A stretch of DNA of 64,000 nt from assembly GCA_001724265.1 (NCBI GenBank), contig MEDY01000027.1, positions 1-64,000 on the forward strand, read 5' to 3'. The position numbers and the translations under genes were made by a program. The stretch is from Rhizaria sp. SCN 62-66. Its lineage: Eukaryota. Shown piece by piece: positions 43,395 to 58,300 of the stretch; position 1 is the stretch's first letter; each line of letters starts with the position of its first letter. A model generated the notes under the pieces. That model searched no databases and was not told where the DNA came from. It saw nothing but the letters and a program-made list of their open reading frames with translations.

Positions 43395-46300
43395 ATGAGC
43401 TTCTCCCGCGGCGCCCTCGGCGACCCGTCGCTCTCCTCCGGGATGGCAAGTATGGACTCTCAGCTTTACGGAGGCTCTACCCCTGGTTCATTAATTTTAT
43501 CCAACGGTTTACAGACTATTCAAGCCCTTGAGTTTGCCTCACAGCGCGTGTCCGCAGCGTCCCCGCTGCCACTGCCGCAGCGCCCCGCTGACCCTGCCTG
43601 GAACGCGCTTGCTACCGCGCTGTCGTCAGATGAGCCCGTAATCCGCCGCCTCGCACTCTCAGGCATCGAAGCCGGCATGTTGTCACTACCCACGACATTA
43701 ACGTCTCCGCTTCTGCTGTCTTTCCTTGTCACGCTTCTGCTTGACGTGGCGGAGGGCGATGAAGTAGCTGCGAATCGCTGGGTTGCCACATACGTGACCG
43801 CGCACCTGCATCGTGTGCTCACCACCACAACGCCGCGTGCTCTCTCTAGTTCCGCGCAAGTTGCATCCTCTTCTGCTTCAGCAGACGTGTTTGCAGGTGC
43901 CGATAACACCCCTGCGGCCTCAGCAAACGCCGCGTCGTCTGCCGTGACACACGCCTTGGCCGCGTCGCCGCTGGTGCCGCTTCTGCACCGCGGCGTGCGG
44001 ACCGCGCTCGCGCTGCTGCACGAGCTCTTTGCGCCTGACCCAGCGGCGCGGCCCAGCGCCGATTACGGGTCTGCGCAAGTGCCGCAGGGCCGCGTCTACG
44101 CCGTGGCAGCGGCGGCGCTATTCTTGGGCTCGCCACTGCTGCCCGAGCCCGCGGTGGCCGAGGCGATTGCGCAGCTTGCCCCCGTTGCCGCCGCCCATGA
44201 CAACGCTGCCGTTGACGCTGCGGCCGCGCTCGGCTCCCCGGCCGCGCTGGCGGCGCTGGGTCTCACGCCACCACTCCCGCCCGCGCCTGCCGCTGCGCCG
44301 GCCTCAGCTGCCGCAGCTGCCGACGCCGCGCTCGCCGCCGCGATCGCGGGGCTTTCTGCGCGCTCGCGCCGCAACACGCATGTCGACACGCCGCTCTCGC
44401 GCTCGAGCGGCAGCGGCACCGGCGCTGGCAGCGATGAGCCCCCACTGGAGCAAACCGGCGTGGCGGCTCTCCCCGCGACTGCGGCCGCGCTAACGCTCGC
44501 GCTGCACCGCCTGCTCTCGGCCGTCGTGGCCTCGCCGCGCGCGCACACGTTCGTCCGCGCGCAGGCGCTGCACTCGCTGGCCGCGCAGCTGCGCCGCTGC
44601 CCACGCAACGAGGCCGTCGTGGCAACTGCCTACATGCCCTCCGTGCGCGTGCTCGCCGACGCCGTTGCGAGAGGCGCTGCCGGCGTTGCGGGTGCCGCGG
44701 TGCATCCGTTCCTGGCCTTGGCTGTGTCGCAGTTTGTGTCCGTGTGGCCGCCGCGGCCCGCCGACGCTGTCCTGCTCGCATTCCCGCTGCCCGCGCTGCT
44801 CTCGGGCGGCGCCGCGCGCAGGCATGCCGCGCTCACCGCCGCCGCGCGCCGCGCCGTCTCGGCCGCTGCGGCTGTTACGGCATTCGCGCCTGCCGCAACG
44901 TCTGTTCCATATGCGCCGAAAACGGCCGATGTCGTTGCAGCAGCAACGCGCGACCCCGATGCCGCGCCCGCTGCGCTTTTAACGTCCGCGCTCGCGACGT
45001 TCCACGCTCGCAACCGCGCTTACCACGCCGTGTTGACTCAGCAACAGCAGCCACAAGAGTCCGCTGCTGCACCTAGTCACTCTCAACGCAAAGTTGTAGA
45101 TGGCGCGCGTGCAGTCGGTGGCGCGTGGGCGGGCGGGTACTCGACGTGGGCCGAGGACTGCGCTCTGCTGCACCACTTCGACCCCGCGCGCTTCCCTGCT
45201 GCTGTCTCTGCGACGGCCGCCGCGGCGTCTGCTGCGGCCGCGATGGGGCTGGCGGGCGGCGCCGGAGCGGTCTCGGGCGCGCACGCGTGGGCGCTGTCGT
45301 CGGGCTCTCCGCTGCTAGCGCTCGGCGCGCTGCTGCCCGCCGTCGGCGACGTCTCGCTCCGCGGCGCGCTGTCCATGGGCCACTCTGCGTTGCTGCACGC
45401 CTACACTGCGCCGTCGCCTGCCACCGCCACGGGACCTACCGTGGGCGCCACTGCCCCGCTGCCCGCGGGCGGCGCGCTGGGCGCCCCATTTCCGCCCGCC
45501 ACTGCCGCTGCGGCCACGGGCGCGGCGGCGCTCGGGGCCGCATTGGCCTTCGCTGCGGCACTCGCGCACCGCACGCGCATTGATGACGCCGCGCTTGCGC
45601 ACCGGCGTGCGGACTCGGCGTTTTGGGCTGCAGCCCTTGCCCGTGCTGCACAAGGCATGGCCACGGGCGCTCTCTCAAACGTCCCCTTCGCTGCCGCCCC
45701 CTCCAGCACCAAGCCCAAGCGCGGGCGCGGCGCTGCGGCGCGGTCGGCTGCGGCCGCTGCGAAGGAGCCGGCGCCTGTGCCGCCTCTGGTGGCGTGGATT
45801 GCGAACGCGTTCCTCGCGTCACCGCAGCTCACATGCCCCGGTGCGCGCCTGCCGGCGCCGCTTGCGGCCTCCCTCGCTGCGAACCCTGCAGTCTCTGCTG
45901 TAGCCGTTGCAGCTGCGGCCGCTGCCTCCGCAGCCGTTGCGGCCGCGCCCGCTGCCGCGGCCCCGGCTGTTGCCCGCGGCGCGCTGGCTGCCGCCTGGGC
46001 AGTCATCGCGCGCACTGCGGCCGCGAACCCCGGGACCGCGGCGGGGGGCGCGCGTGCTGCGCTGGATCTGGCGTGGGGCGCGTCTGCGCCTGCTTCGTGG
46101 CCGCTGTCTCTCACCAACCCCGCCTTTGGTGCCGGCGTCGAGCCTGACAACAGTGGCGCGAAGCCAGACTCCGGCTCTGACGAAGATGACGACGGCGGCG
46201 ATGAAGACAAGGATGACGGCGGCCCCGCTGCTCGTGTGCGCGCGCCCTCCACCCTGCTGGCCGCCGCGCCGCCGCTGCCGGGCGTGTTGCTCACCGGCTC

Positions 46301-49300
46301 GCTCGCGCGCTCCCGCGCCGCCGCTGCGAGTGCGCACAGCGGACTGCAGGTCGGCACGACGCGTCAACTCGCGCGCGACGGCGCCGCGCCCGTGGGACTG
46401 ACGTCGATCGGGGCGCCCACTGTGGAGCCCATTGAGTCGGGCCGGCAGCGCGCGGCCGCCGTGCGTGCACTTTCGGTTGAGCTCACGCATGCGGCTGCGT
46501 CGCTGGGGGCGGCGGGTGCGAGCATAGCCTTTTCTGCCGCTGCACCTGTTAAAACTCTGCGGCTGCGCAACGCGTCCACTGAGGTTGCGCACACAGTGGC
46601 CGTGCAGGTTTGGCCGCCGTGGTTGTTTACTGTTGAGCCAGCGCTCATGACGCTGACGCCAAACACGTCTGTGGCACTTAAGGTGACGTTCACGCCTTCT
46701 CCACGGGACCACCCGGGCACCGTCACCGGCTTTCTTCGTTTGCGCACTGCGCATGGTCTGCTGCTCGAACGCATTGCGCTTTCCGCTGTGACTGGTCCGT
46801 CTTTGCGCGTCCTTACTCCGGCGATTGACCTCGGCGTTTGCCCACTCGGCGCCGTGCGCTCAGGGCGCGTGTATGTGCAAAACACTTCGCCCGCTGCATG
46901 TCTTGTCACTGTCACACACGCTGCGCGTGCTCGCCGCACGCGCGCTGCGCTACCCGCTCACTTTGCCTACACGCTCGCAGGGCTTATTGATGCGCTCGCC
47001 CTCGCTCCACCGGCCGCCGCCTCGCTTGCTGCTGCTGCTGAGGGCGGCGGCGACTGGGACGACGACGCGATGGCCGCAGTCGCTGCCGCTGAGGCCGCTG
47101 CAGTGCCGCACCAGGACTGGTTTGCTGTTGCTGCCGCGGACGATGATGACGGCGACGATGATGATGACACGCCCGACAGGGAGGCTGCAGTTGATGCCGC
47201 CGTGTACGCTGCGCTCGACGATGCTGAGGCGGCGCTGCGCCGCGCACTTGCTGGTCACGACCCTGTTGCTGTGTCGCAGCAGACTAACGCGTTATCTCCT
47301 CGGGCTTCTGCGCGCGCGAGCGACGGTGGCGCAGCGGCGCTTGTGGGCCGCCCTGAGGCCCCGCTTGACGTTTTTGCGCTGGGCGCCAGTGGCGTCGCAG
47401 GTTCTGCCATTGTGGCACATCAGATGGACCGCGTCGCCGCGCTGGCTGACTCTGCTGCTGGCTACAAGTCTGTTGCGCCTGCGCCTGCGCAGGCTTTCAC
47501 AAAGGCGAACCTGCGTGCGTCGCTGCGCGCGACCGCGGCTGCCGCAGCCTCTGGTGCTAGTGGCGCGGGTGCGCCGGGCGCCGCTACGGCGCGCGGTCTG
47601 GAGACTCGCCTGCCGGGCAGCAAGCGCAGCCTTGCTGAAGGATTGGCCGTGCTGCGCGACTCAACTCTGCGGCGTCGGCTTGCTATGGAGCTCACAGGCA
47701 GTATTGTCGACGCTCCCGCATCCCCCACCCGCTCCGTGGCGCTGCGTGCGCTGCGACGCTTTCTGCTGGGTCCACGCTTTCGTGTTGAACAGTCGACAAT
47801 GTACGTGCCTGCTGGTGCCACAGCCGCCGTGCTTGTTCACTTCTACGCTGTTGACGCTGCACCCGTCGCGGAAACGATTATGATCCGCACCAACGGCACG
47901 GAATGCTATTCGATTCCCGTCCGCGCGCGTGGTGGATCTCCTCTGGCGCTGCCCGGCGCTGCAACCTCACTTGACTTCGGCCGCCTCGCACTGTCGGCGC
48001 GCCTGGGTGGCTCACGCGTTGGCTATATCACACTTCAGAACAACGACTCCTCGCAGCCGATGCCGGTATCTTTTTCTGCCTCGTCCCCGCAAATTGTCGT
48101 TGCTGATACGGTGTTGCCGCCCGGCGCCGTGGTGCGCCACCCGGTCATGGTCCGCACACTGCCGCCGCTGCTGCTGGCCGCGGCTGACGCGGCCACTGCT
48201 GCGCAGAGTGCTGTCGCAACGCCCGGCTCCGCGGGGCACCACGCACCTGCGCTTGCGACGACTGGATTCTTGCCCTCATCAGGTCCTGCCGCGTTTGCTC
48301 ACACGCTGACAGTGCGCTGTCCGGGAGTTCCGTCGCAGTCCGTGCGTGTCAGTGCGCATTTCGGTCCTTCACTGCACTGTGCACTGCCCCCGCTGACATC
48401 GCTGCCGCCTGCGCCTGCGGGCTCAGTGGTGCGTGTGGCTGTGTTGGTTCGCAATACGTCTGCTGCGCCGCTCGCATTTACGGTTGAAGGCCTTGCGCCA
48501 GAGCTATGGGCGTACACTGCCCAAATCTTACGCGTTGCACCCTCGGCTAGTGCCGGTAGAGGCGGCCCCATTGCTGCTGCGCTCGCCGCACATAAGGCTC
48601 GTCAGACGCAGCGCAGCGACAGCAAGCGGCAGGGTGGCAGTCGGGGCCAGGGCCGTCGCAGCTCTGTGACGTCTGCGGTTGCTCCAACCGGGACAAGCGG
48701 CGAAGCTGGTAAATCGTTCCTGCGCCGTGCCGCTCGCGGACTGGCGGCACACGCGGCTACATCCGGTCATATGGGTGGCGACGACGGCGTGGGTGAAGAC
48801 TGGGCTGATGCGGAGGGGGACGACCACTCGGCTGCCGTTGCTGCCGCCCAGGCCTCTTGTGGCTGGGTCTCTTACTTCGACATTGGCGCTATCCTCGCGC
48901 GTGCACCTGGCGCAGCAACTGCAACTGCCGTTGCACAGCCCGTGAAGCCTGCTGCTCAAGGACAGGCCATTGTCACAGCAGGCGCCTTCAAGGGCTCCGC
49001 AGTCCAGCTTGCCGCTGCCTCGGTTTCATCGCCGGTCGCGGGCTACACCGCCGCCTCAGTCAGTGGTACTGCACTAGGTGGCGGTTTTTCTGCGGCCGCA
49101 GTACTGGCGATGACGGCTCCTTTTGCGGCTGTTGGCGCCGGCTGGACGTCTACGCTGGCGCCTGCGGACACTGCTGTGTCGTTCCGTGCGTTCGCCGCGA
49201 ACCATGGGCGCGCACTGCGGCTGCCCGCCTCGAGCACGGCTGTCTTGCATATGTTTTGCCACGTTCCGACTGGGCTTGGCTCGCCTCTGGCCGACGCTGG

Positions 49301-52300
49301 TCCTGACACGGCTGCGGCTGCGCGAGCAACGTCAAGCTTCTGTCTGAGCGCCTTCACGCTCCAGGTCCAGAGTCCTCACTCCGAGACTCATGGTCCGTAC
49401 GCACTGTCGTTCCCGGCTGTAGCCACCATTCCCGACGCACAGACTCAGGCGCCCCGCTACGACCTTTCGGTGACGCCTGTGCCACTCCTTCGTGACTTTG
49501 CTGTCGCACGCCTTGCCTTCCGTCCGCCAGTTGCGCCTGCCCCAGGCACCGCCGTGCAGAGTACGACAGCTGGGTCGGCACTGACTCCCGCTGGTGCGCG
49601 ACGCCGTATCACGCTCAAACGGAACTTGCCCACCTCGTCTGCTTCCTCATCAGGCTTAGATGCGGCGAGTAACGATCCTGCAGGTGGTACGTCGGCCGTG
49701 TCGATCCACGTTAACGCCGCCTTTACCAGCTCCGCGCTCCGCCCGCTGCCGACATCGCTGCTTCCCGCCGTTCACGCACGCCTTGTGCACCCCGCGCTCG
49801 CTGCTGCCCTGACAGCTACTGCTGCCGTAACCGCCGGCGGTGAGCCTCTGTTGCGCCTTAACGCACCTACCGCAGCAGCGTCACTGCTGTCTCCCGATGG
49901 TGCCGCCGCGGCGCCGTTTTTTGCCACGCTTGCCTCGACGATGTATCCGACCCTGGCCCCTGCACAGCTACCCATGTTGCGTTCGCAGCCGCTTGCGCAG
50001 CTTCCGTCGCCAGGTGCATGCCCTCCTGGCGGTCAATGGACGCGCGTTGTCGTCCCTGTGTCGGAGCGTCTCGTGCTCCCTCCGCGGGTGTGGCTCTGGG
50101 CGGGCCGTCCAGCCACGTTGACATTGCGTGCTCACGCGGCGACGGCTGCTGCTGCTGCGCCCGTGCGCTACGAGGCGATGCTCTCCGCACCCTTTGCGCT
50201 TGTGCCCGATGCGCGCGCCACTGCGGTACCGGAGCTTTCTGGAGCACTTCCGGCCGCTGCACCGACAACAACGTCGTCTGGCGCGACAGTCGCGTCCGTC
50301 GGTGCTCCGTTCCGCATTGTGCTTGACACGGCTGCGTGCAGTCGTCAGTGGCTGCAGTGGGCGGCAGCGGCCGATGCGCTCGCACCGGGATCAGCGTTGA
50401 TGCTCGCCGCGAGTGCGGACGCCGTAGCCGCCGCTGCGGGGCTGAACGCCACTGCTGCGGCTGCCGCTGCCGGTGGTAGCATGGCCCACATGCACCAATT
50501 CCAGTGGCCCGAGGCCGCGCGGCCCGCCGCGCGCGCGGGTGCGGACGGCGATGCCTACATGGCTGCGTCAGGAGGCGCACCCGCGGAGGCTGCGTCAACT
50601 GTGCCTGAGGTAGCTCGTGCTCACGCCGATGCTATCTACACTGGACACTTTAGTGCCTTCGACGCCGCTGGCGCCAGTGTTACCACACAGCTTTGCGCTG
50701 TTGCCGGTCACCTGCTTGCCACCGACGCGCCACGCGTCTTGACGCTCCCTGCGGCCGCTTCTTCGGGACAGCTCCGCGTGGTGACGGTCACGGTGAGTAA
50801 CCGCTGTGACCTTACTGTCCCGCTTGCCGCGACGTTCCAGTCCGATGTGGCCCTTGCTGCCCCGCGTGTTTTGCCGGCTGCACTCGCTGCCAGCTACGCG
50901 ACCGCAGGATCAGCCTTTGCGACTGCAACTGCAATTGAGGCAGCTGAGACGGCTCAATGCACGGGCTCATACTCACCGCTAGCCACGCCCACTTCGGCGC
51001 TGCTCGCTGTGTCCGCGTCTGGTGCGGCTGCTGTATTGGGGCCTGCGTCGCTGGGTCCGTGGGAGACGGCGGTGCTCACGGTTGCTTACCGTGCACCAGC
51101 TGTGGGTGCCTTTGCTGAGCCATTGACTCTGATTTACGGCAACCCGTATGCCCCCGCCGAGGGCTTTTGCTTCTATCATGGTGCTGTCAAGGCCGAAGCG
51201 GGCGCGCCACTACCGTCGACTGCGCCTGACTTCCTACTCTTTGACTCGGCGGCAGTACTTTCCGCGCCACTTGTTAGCAACGCTCTCTCGAGCTCGACCG
51301 CGCCTAAGGGCTCAATGTCCGTTGTCGTCGCCAACCAGGCTGCTTTGCCCGCGCTGTTGAGCGCCATCACCTCACCTCCCTTCGTGGTACGTGGTGGCGG
51401 CCTCACTTCTGGCGCTGCTGACGACAATGCCGCGTCCACCTCTGCGCTAGGCAGCCTTGACATGAGCGCTCTGCTTGCTCATTGGGCCACTGGTCCCAGT
51501 GCAGGCGTCGCAGCTGCGGACGATATTGGTTCTGCAAGTGCACTTGTCCCCGCAACTGGTAGTGTCGAGGCGAGTCCATTTGCAACGCGCCTAGTGCTTG
51601 GCGCACAAGCGGCAACGGCTTTGTCGGTGGCGTTCGCCCCGCCCCGGTCTGGCGTCTTCACCTCACGGTTATTCCTTTTTCGCGCGGGTGCCATGGCCAC
51701 TGCGCGTGCGGTGGATTTAGTCGGTATCGCGGGTGTGCGTCTGATGTCGTCGAACTACGGTCCTTGCTCGCACATGACGCCGACTCTTGTGCAGTCCGCA
51801 GCTTCCTCCGCTGCGCCCGCTGACGACGACGCGCCTCGCGCCGCTGCGCCCGCCCCGGCGCCACCCGCCTTTGACACGCACGTCCGCACACAGCCCGCTC
51901 TCCCAACGGGCCCTGCACAAAGTGCCACGGGTGGCGACGGGGATGGCGGTGTGCGCACGCTTGGATTACTCTCGCGTGGTCGTCTTGTGCGCAAGCCGTT
52001 TGTGCTCACCAACACAGGGTCACTGCCTTTAGTCGTAGCTGCGATCACTGTGTCCGCGCTTGCGCCCTCTGATCCAGCGCTGTCAGAGCTTGCAGCTCAG
52101 ACGGCATCTGCCCCTGCGACTGTGGCGTGGACTTTGTCGGGTTCTTCTGCCCCTGGCGGTGGCTCGCTTTCTGCCGTTGCCTCACTCACCCCTGCAGCTG
52201 GCTCCGTGCATTGTCTTGATGCGTCCGCTCTTGCTGGTGTGCCGGCCGCTGCGCTGCTCCCGCGTTATCTGCGCGCCGCGCCCGCCGCACTGGCTACAGC

Positions 52301-55300
52301 TTCTGGTGCCGAAACTGATGCTGATGGTGCGTCAGTATTGCCAGACTTTGTCGCTTTTGAGGCTGCCGATCAGCCCGACGCCGCCACGCCCGACGCGCCT
52401 GGCAACGCGTTCTTGCAGCGCATGTTAACCACGCTGCGTGCGCGCGATTCGAGCATTCCCGCTGAACCCGTCGTGCGCGCTTTCTTCTCGGACGACAACG
52501 ACGCCGCTGGACACGCTCCTCTAGCCGAACCCGCGCGCGCGGCCGAGCCCCTTGAGGCATTAGCGGCCGCGGCCTCCGCGCTGGGCGCAGACGCTGATTT
52601 AGCGTCCTCTTCCACCGCAGCGCTGGCAGCTGGTGCGGACTGGGACGAGGCTGATTTCACCACTGCACTTCGCCATGTTGTGTTGGGCGACGCCATCGCG
52701 ACCGTGCGCGCACTGACCCCAGCTGGCGGTACTCAAACTGCACATGCTGCTCGTGAAGCGGCGCGTGCGCTCACTGCGGAGTTGCGTGCAGCGGGTCTTG
52801 ACTCGGCCGAACTGGCCGTTGACTCGCTTGATCTGGCCGCTGTGGAGCGCGACTGCGCGGCTGCGCGCGACTGCACCGGTGCACCGTCCCCCAGCGGTCG
52901 CGGCGGCGCTTTAGGCTACCCCGATCCTGATGCGCCTCCGCCCGCGGGGCTGGAGGAGTGGGACCTGGAATTCTCCGCCGACGTTCACCGCGCCGCTGCT
53001 ACTGCAGCTGTTGTCGGTTCCACCGCCGGCGTCGGCAGCGACGCGTTGCAAGGTGTTGACGTTGGCAATGTGTTGCGGCGCCGTGCCTGGATCGAGCGCG
53101 TGGCCGTCGTGGCGAGTGCGCGGCGCCGCCGGCAGGTGTTGGGCGTCGTCTTCGAGTCGCTTCTGAAGGAGCAAACGCTTGCCGCTACGGCGCTGTTTCC
53201 TCTCACTTTGCAGCCAGGTGCGACCCTGTCGCTCTCGCTCTGGCTCTGGGCCGAGGCGGAGGGCACGCACTGCGCCAGCGTGCGCGCTGTTTGTGCACGT
53301 GCCGACACTACTGTCGACTACGAGGCACATGCTGAGTGGGCCGCGCGTGACGCGATTCTTATCTCGCGTGGCCGCGCACGTGGCCTTGCTCCAGCACCTA
53401 CTGCATCTTTGCCCGCGCCCGTAGCTCCCAGCTCACGTGGTGCCAGTCGTGGTGGAGACGCCACTGCCTCTGCTGCGTCTGCACCTGTGGATCCTGCTTC
53501 CAAGTTGCATGCGAAGCGACTGGCGCTGCAGACCCACATGCGCGAACGCGCGGCGCGGGCTAAGGATACTGTGGTACAGGACTTCCGCTGGGTCTTGAGC
53601 GCTGCAGCAGTGCCTGCACTTGAGATCCCAGCGGCGCTGCGGCGCGTGGGTGCGGTGTTGGACGCTGGAGTCGTTGTTGCTGGTGGTGCGCGCACTGTGG
53701 CGCTTTGTGTACGCAACGCGTCGCTGACAACAGCAGTGCCATACTCACTGCGTGTCGCAGCGGCCGCCGTTCTGGACACGCGTACGGGTCGCGTGCATGC
53801 GCTTCAGCCGATTGAGGAAGCAGACGGCTCAGGTGTTGTGACTCTGCCCACGCCGCCTGCGCTGCTTGCCGCGGACGGACTCTTTTCGCATCTTGCCGCC
53901 GCCTCGCAGACTGCAGTCGGTGCCGCCGCAGGTCTTGGTGGCTTTGGTGGTCGTCATCAGCACAGCCGCTCTGTCGCCGCCGCCGCGGCCTCTGCAGCCG
54001 CGCAGTCACCAGGATTGTCACAGCTTGCGCCGGGCAACTGGCACGCCTCACCTTTGGCTGCATTGCGCGCCGCACTCGCCACCGCTGCACAGGCTGAAGC
54101 TGACGCAGCACAAGCCCGCAACGTGCGCCCTGCAGTTGCAACAGCTCAGTCTGCCGAGGAAGCGGAGGTTGCTGCGGCCGCTGCCAAGCGTGCACGCATT
54201 GCGCAAGACGTCGACGACTGGCTGTCGGTGCCGGGACGCACTAAGGCCAAGACTGCTGCCAAGCCGGAGCCCCTGTCCGCGGCGCAAACAGCTACTGCCG
54301 CGAGTGCTGCTGCTGCTACTGCTGCTGCCGCCACAGCGCCTCTGCTATGCTTGCCGCATACACGTGGCGTGTTAGCGCCAGGGGAGTCTACAGCACTGCC
54401 CGTTACTTTTGCGCCACTGTCCCCACACTGCGTTCTGCTGTGCGAGTTTGCGCTTGCCACTGCTGACATTGCAACGCGCCGCATTCCCTTCACTGCTCGG
54501 GCCGGCGCTGCCAGGCTCGAGCTTGCGCTGCAGCGCCGCGACCCTGCCACAGGCAAGACCTCTGATGTTACCTTAGTGGCCTCTCCGACAGCGTCCAGTT
54601 TCGACACCAACAACAACACTGCTGTAGTGGCAGGCCGCCGCGTGGTGCGTTCGCGTGCCCCGGTCGACTTCGGAGCCGTTGCCGAGCGCTCGCTAAAGAC
54701 AATGAGCATTTCGCTTCTAAACACAGGCTCACTTCCTGCATCGTTTGTCTTCGCGCGTTGCCCACGTCCTTTCTCGCTTGCCCCTTCCTCGGGCATTGTT
54801 GCACCTGGTGCGACGCAGAACGTAGCTGTGACGTTTGAGCCGATGTCTGTATTGGAAGGCGGCAAATTTGTTGCCGCTCGCCCATTGTTGAGCTACTGCT
54901 CGCTCGCCGCCGTTTCTGCCGCACCTGTTCTTCCCTCAGCCGCTATTGCTGCGAACTCGACGCCTGGTCAGTTGCACTCAGTGCCTGCGCCCGCTTTCGG
55001 ACCTGACGCCGCTGTCTCCGGTGCGCTTGGTGAGGAATGGCTCGCGCGTGCACTCGCGAAGCCACGTGGCCTTGAAACTCTGGAGAAACTCGGGTTAGGT
55101 CCGCGGGCACAGCTGCGCACACAAACTGCTGCGCTTGCCGCTGCGGAAAACGAACTTCAAGGCATGAGTGCGGTTTCTGTTACCACGTCTGCGCCCATGC
55201 CGGCGGGGCTTGGAAGTCCTGTGTCCGTCGGCGATGATAGAGTAACCACCTCTGAAGGTGACGCAAGTGGATTGCAATCGCCTACATCGCCAATGTGGGC

Positions 55301-58300
55301 CGCTGCAGGTCGTGACACTCGTACCGGTGCTTACGCCCCGCCTCACGGCGTATTGGGTGCGGTAGCAACGCTGCAGTTGCGCCTTACTGGGACCAGTGGT
55401 GTCCCGTGTCTCGACATTATGCCACCCAACGCGCACGCGGCCGCAGCTGCAGCAGTGGCCGCTGAGGCTGCAGTTGCTGAAGCGGTGCCGAGCGAAGCCT
55501 CTGCTCCGAGCAACCCGACTAACTCCCTAGATCTGGTGCTGCGTGTTGATGACGATGGTGACGTTGACGCTTTAAGTGCATCAGCTAGAGCTGCCGCCGC
55601 CCGCAACAAGTACAGCGCTGCTGCTTCCGCTGCTGCAGCGTCTGCTATGGCTGCTGCTGGCGCGACGTTCACCGCCGCCTCGCCACTCTTGCCGTCGCTG
55701 ACCTTGCTCGTGCGCGGGCTGACGCCGCTGACGGACACGCCCGACGCCGATAGTGACAACGAGTTATTCGCTGGGTGTGCGTTTGAGCTTGCTGCTGGCA
55801 CACTGACGCGAGGCCAAGCTAACGTCGTATTCCTGCCTATCATTAACTCGGGCTCTGCCGATGGTGAACTCACTGTCACCCTGACTGGTCCCTCTGCTGC
55901 GCATACCGGTGTCTCATCCTCTGTTGACGCAGAGGCCGATGAGAGCCCTCTACTGTCGCTTGCGCCGGGGGATGAGGTCCACGTGCTCACCGTTGCTCCA
56001 GGGCAGTACGCTGCGCTCCCCCTTGTGATTACGCCTCCTTCTCACACTGAGTCGTCAGATGCAGCTGGGCCCAGCACCGCATCTGCTGCGGCTGCGGCGC
56101 TTGCGGTTGACTTAACTGTCAAACTGCGTTTCCGCACGCGACAGGCTCGGGCGATTACTGTGCGTGTAACCGCGTTCCTGGGTACACCTGCACTATCTGT
56201 GTCGCCGCCAGCGGCTTTGACGCTGATTGATTTTGGCACATGCAACTCAGCGCAGGTGCATACGCGCCGCTTTGACGTTACCAACTCAGGTGCGCTTTCG
56301 TGCTACTTCCGCGTTGCGATTTTTGTCAAGGATGGAAACAGCAAAGAGCGCGAGGCCACCTCCTGGGACACGTTACGCACTCCCGGAGACGATGCTGTCG
56401 CATCGAGCGTTGCTGCGCGTACGCGCTTTTTCGACTCAGCGCCAGCGACGACGCGTTCATCAGCTGGTCTCTTCTCGTCTGTTGCCCCCAGCGTTGAAAC
56501 AGGCTTTACTGAGCTGCCATTGCGCAACGGTTCTGCTGGCTCTCTTACAGTGCAACCATGGCTTGGCTGTCTTGTGCGCGGCTCGCGCACGCGGTTTGTT
56601 GTAACTTGGCGGCCCACCGACGCGCTTGAGCGGCTGCAGTACTCGATTTCAATCATGCCCCTTTTGCCGCCCGGTTTTGCAAGCTCGCCCGCGTTTGCCG
56701 CGATGCTGCGCGGCGCGTCACTTGCGCGTTTGCTTGCAACGCCCGCGCTTCCTCCCCCGCGGGATGCATCATCGACAGCTGCTGCGGCCGCTGCATCTGC
56801 GAGTGAGAGCGCTATTGAGGGCGCGATGTTGTCCGCCTTTGGAGGTTCAGCGGCTGCTTTGGCAGCAGCCCGTCATTATTGGTCCTTGGTCGAAACTGCG
56901 GTGGCAGCACCGGGCGGTGCCAACGATGATGCAGGCGCGTGGCAAGCGCAACACACGGACGAGCCTGCAGACGCGGAGGTGCTTGAAGAGATTGCAGTGC
57001 TGCAACGTCTGATGCCTGAGCCCATGCTCGCGGGTGACCCGGACCGTCCTACATCAATGGCTGGCGCTTCGCTCCTCTCGCCTTCCTCTGCCAGTGGGTT
57101 TGACAAAGCTCGTGCCGCGCTGCGTGCGCACGCTGCGCGCGTCCTCAGCGCAGCACGCACAGCCGTCCGCGCACGTCGGGCTTTGCAAGCACTGCAAGCG
57201 TCGTTTCCGCCTCTTTCTGGCGTGGCGCGCGGCTTAGCTGGTTACCGCAAGCTAGAGCTATTGACGCCGCGTCGCGTTGTTGACTTTGGTGTGTGTCGTG
57301 TGGGAGGCGTGTACGCGATTCGCCTGCCACTTGGCAACTCGGGCTCGATTGACTATGAGTACACGCTTGAGCCTGACTCAGCGGCCCCTTACTGGCATGC
57401 TGCAATGCCCGCGCGCAGCGGCGGAGCCTCGGACGCTGTAACTACCGGTGGGCCTGGTGTGGCGTTCCTCCGTCACTTGCGTTCGGTGGGACTCTCTCAC
57501 GCATGCTCTTACGGTGTTGCGCCAGCGATGCCGCAGACACAGGATGCCACAGCTGCAGGGTTTGTCATGACACAAGTGCCCCTTGCTGCAACATCCCGCT
57601 CACCTGTGGGTCTGTGTCGTGCGGGTGCTAAGTCAGCGATCACTATTACGTTCGCGCCGACGCAGCAAGTCAACATCATGTGCCCGTTGCTAATCCAGAT
57701 GATTGGTGGTCCTGCAGTCTCGATTTCAATCCACGCCATCGCGGCTGAATCACGTCTTGCTTTTTACCATGCCCCACGCACTCCTTTTGAGACGTACGTC
57801 GATTATGTTCTCACAAACCGTGGTGTTGCCGCTCTCGTAGCTGAGGCCAGCATTGATGCCGCCACTGCCGCTTTGCAGAGTATGGGCGCTGCGCCGAGTA
57901 GCAAAGCCGCCAAGTCGGCGCGCGCCGCTGCAGTAGCTGCATCATCATCGAACACATCAACCACCCCTGCTCAGACTCAAGTGCCGCTCAGCGCAGCAGG
58001 CAGTGCGCGCGCGGCGACAGCAAACGGTCCAAGCTCTGCCGGACCTGTCTCAGTGGCCCCCACGCCCATGTCACGCGACGCCACGGCCAGTGCTGCGTCT
58101 GCAGCAGCCTCAGCTTCTGCTGCAGCCGCGCTTGTGGCGCAGCAGCAGTCACAGTTCTCCGGCATCAGCGTGCGCATGCCGCTCCTTGACTTCGGCCTGC
58201 TTCCTTTGAGCCACACTCACTCTCGCACTGTACTCCTCCACAACGAAGGAGCGCACAAAGCCGAGTTCGAGATCTCGCGCGATATCCCGCCGGGCTTTAT

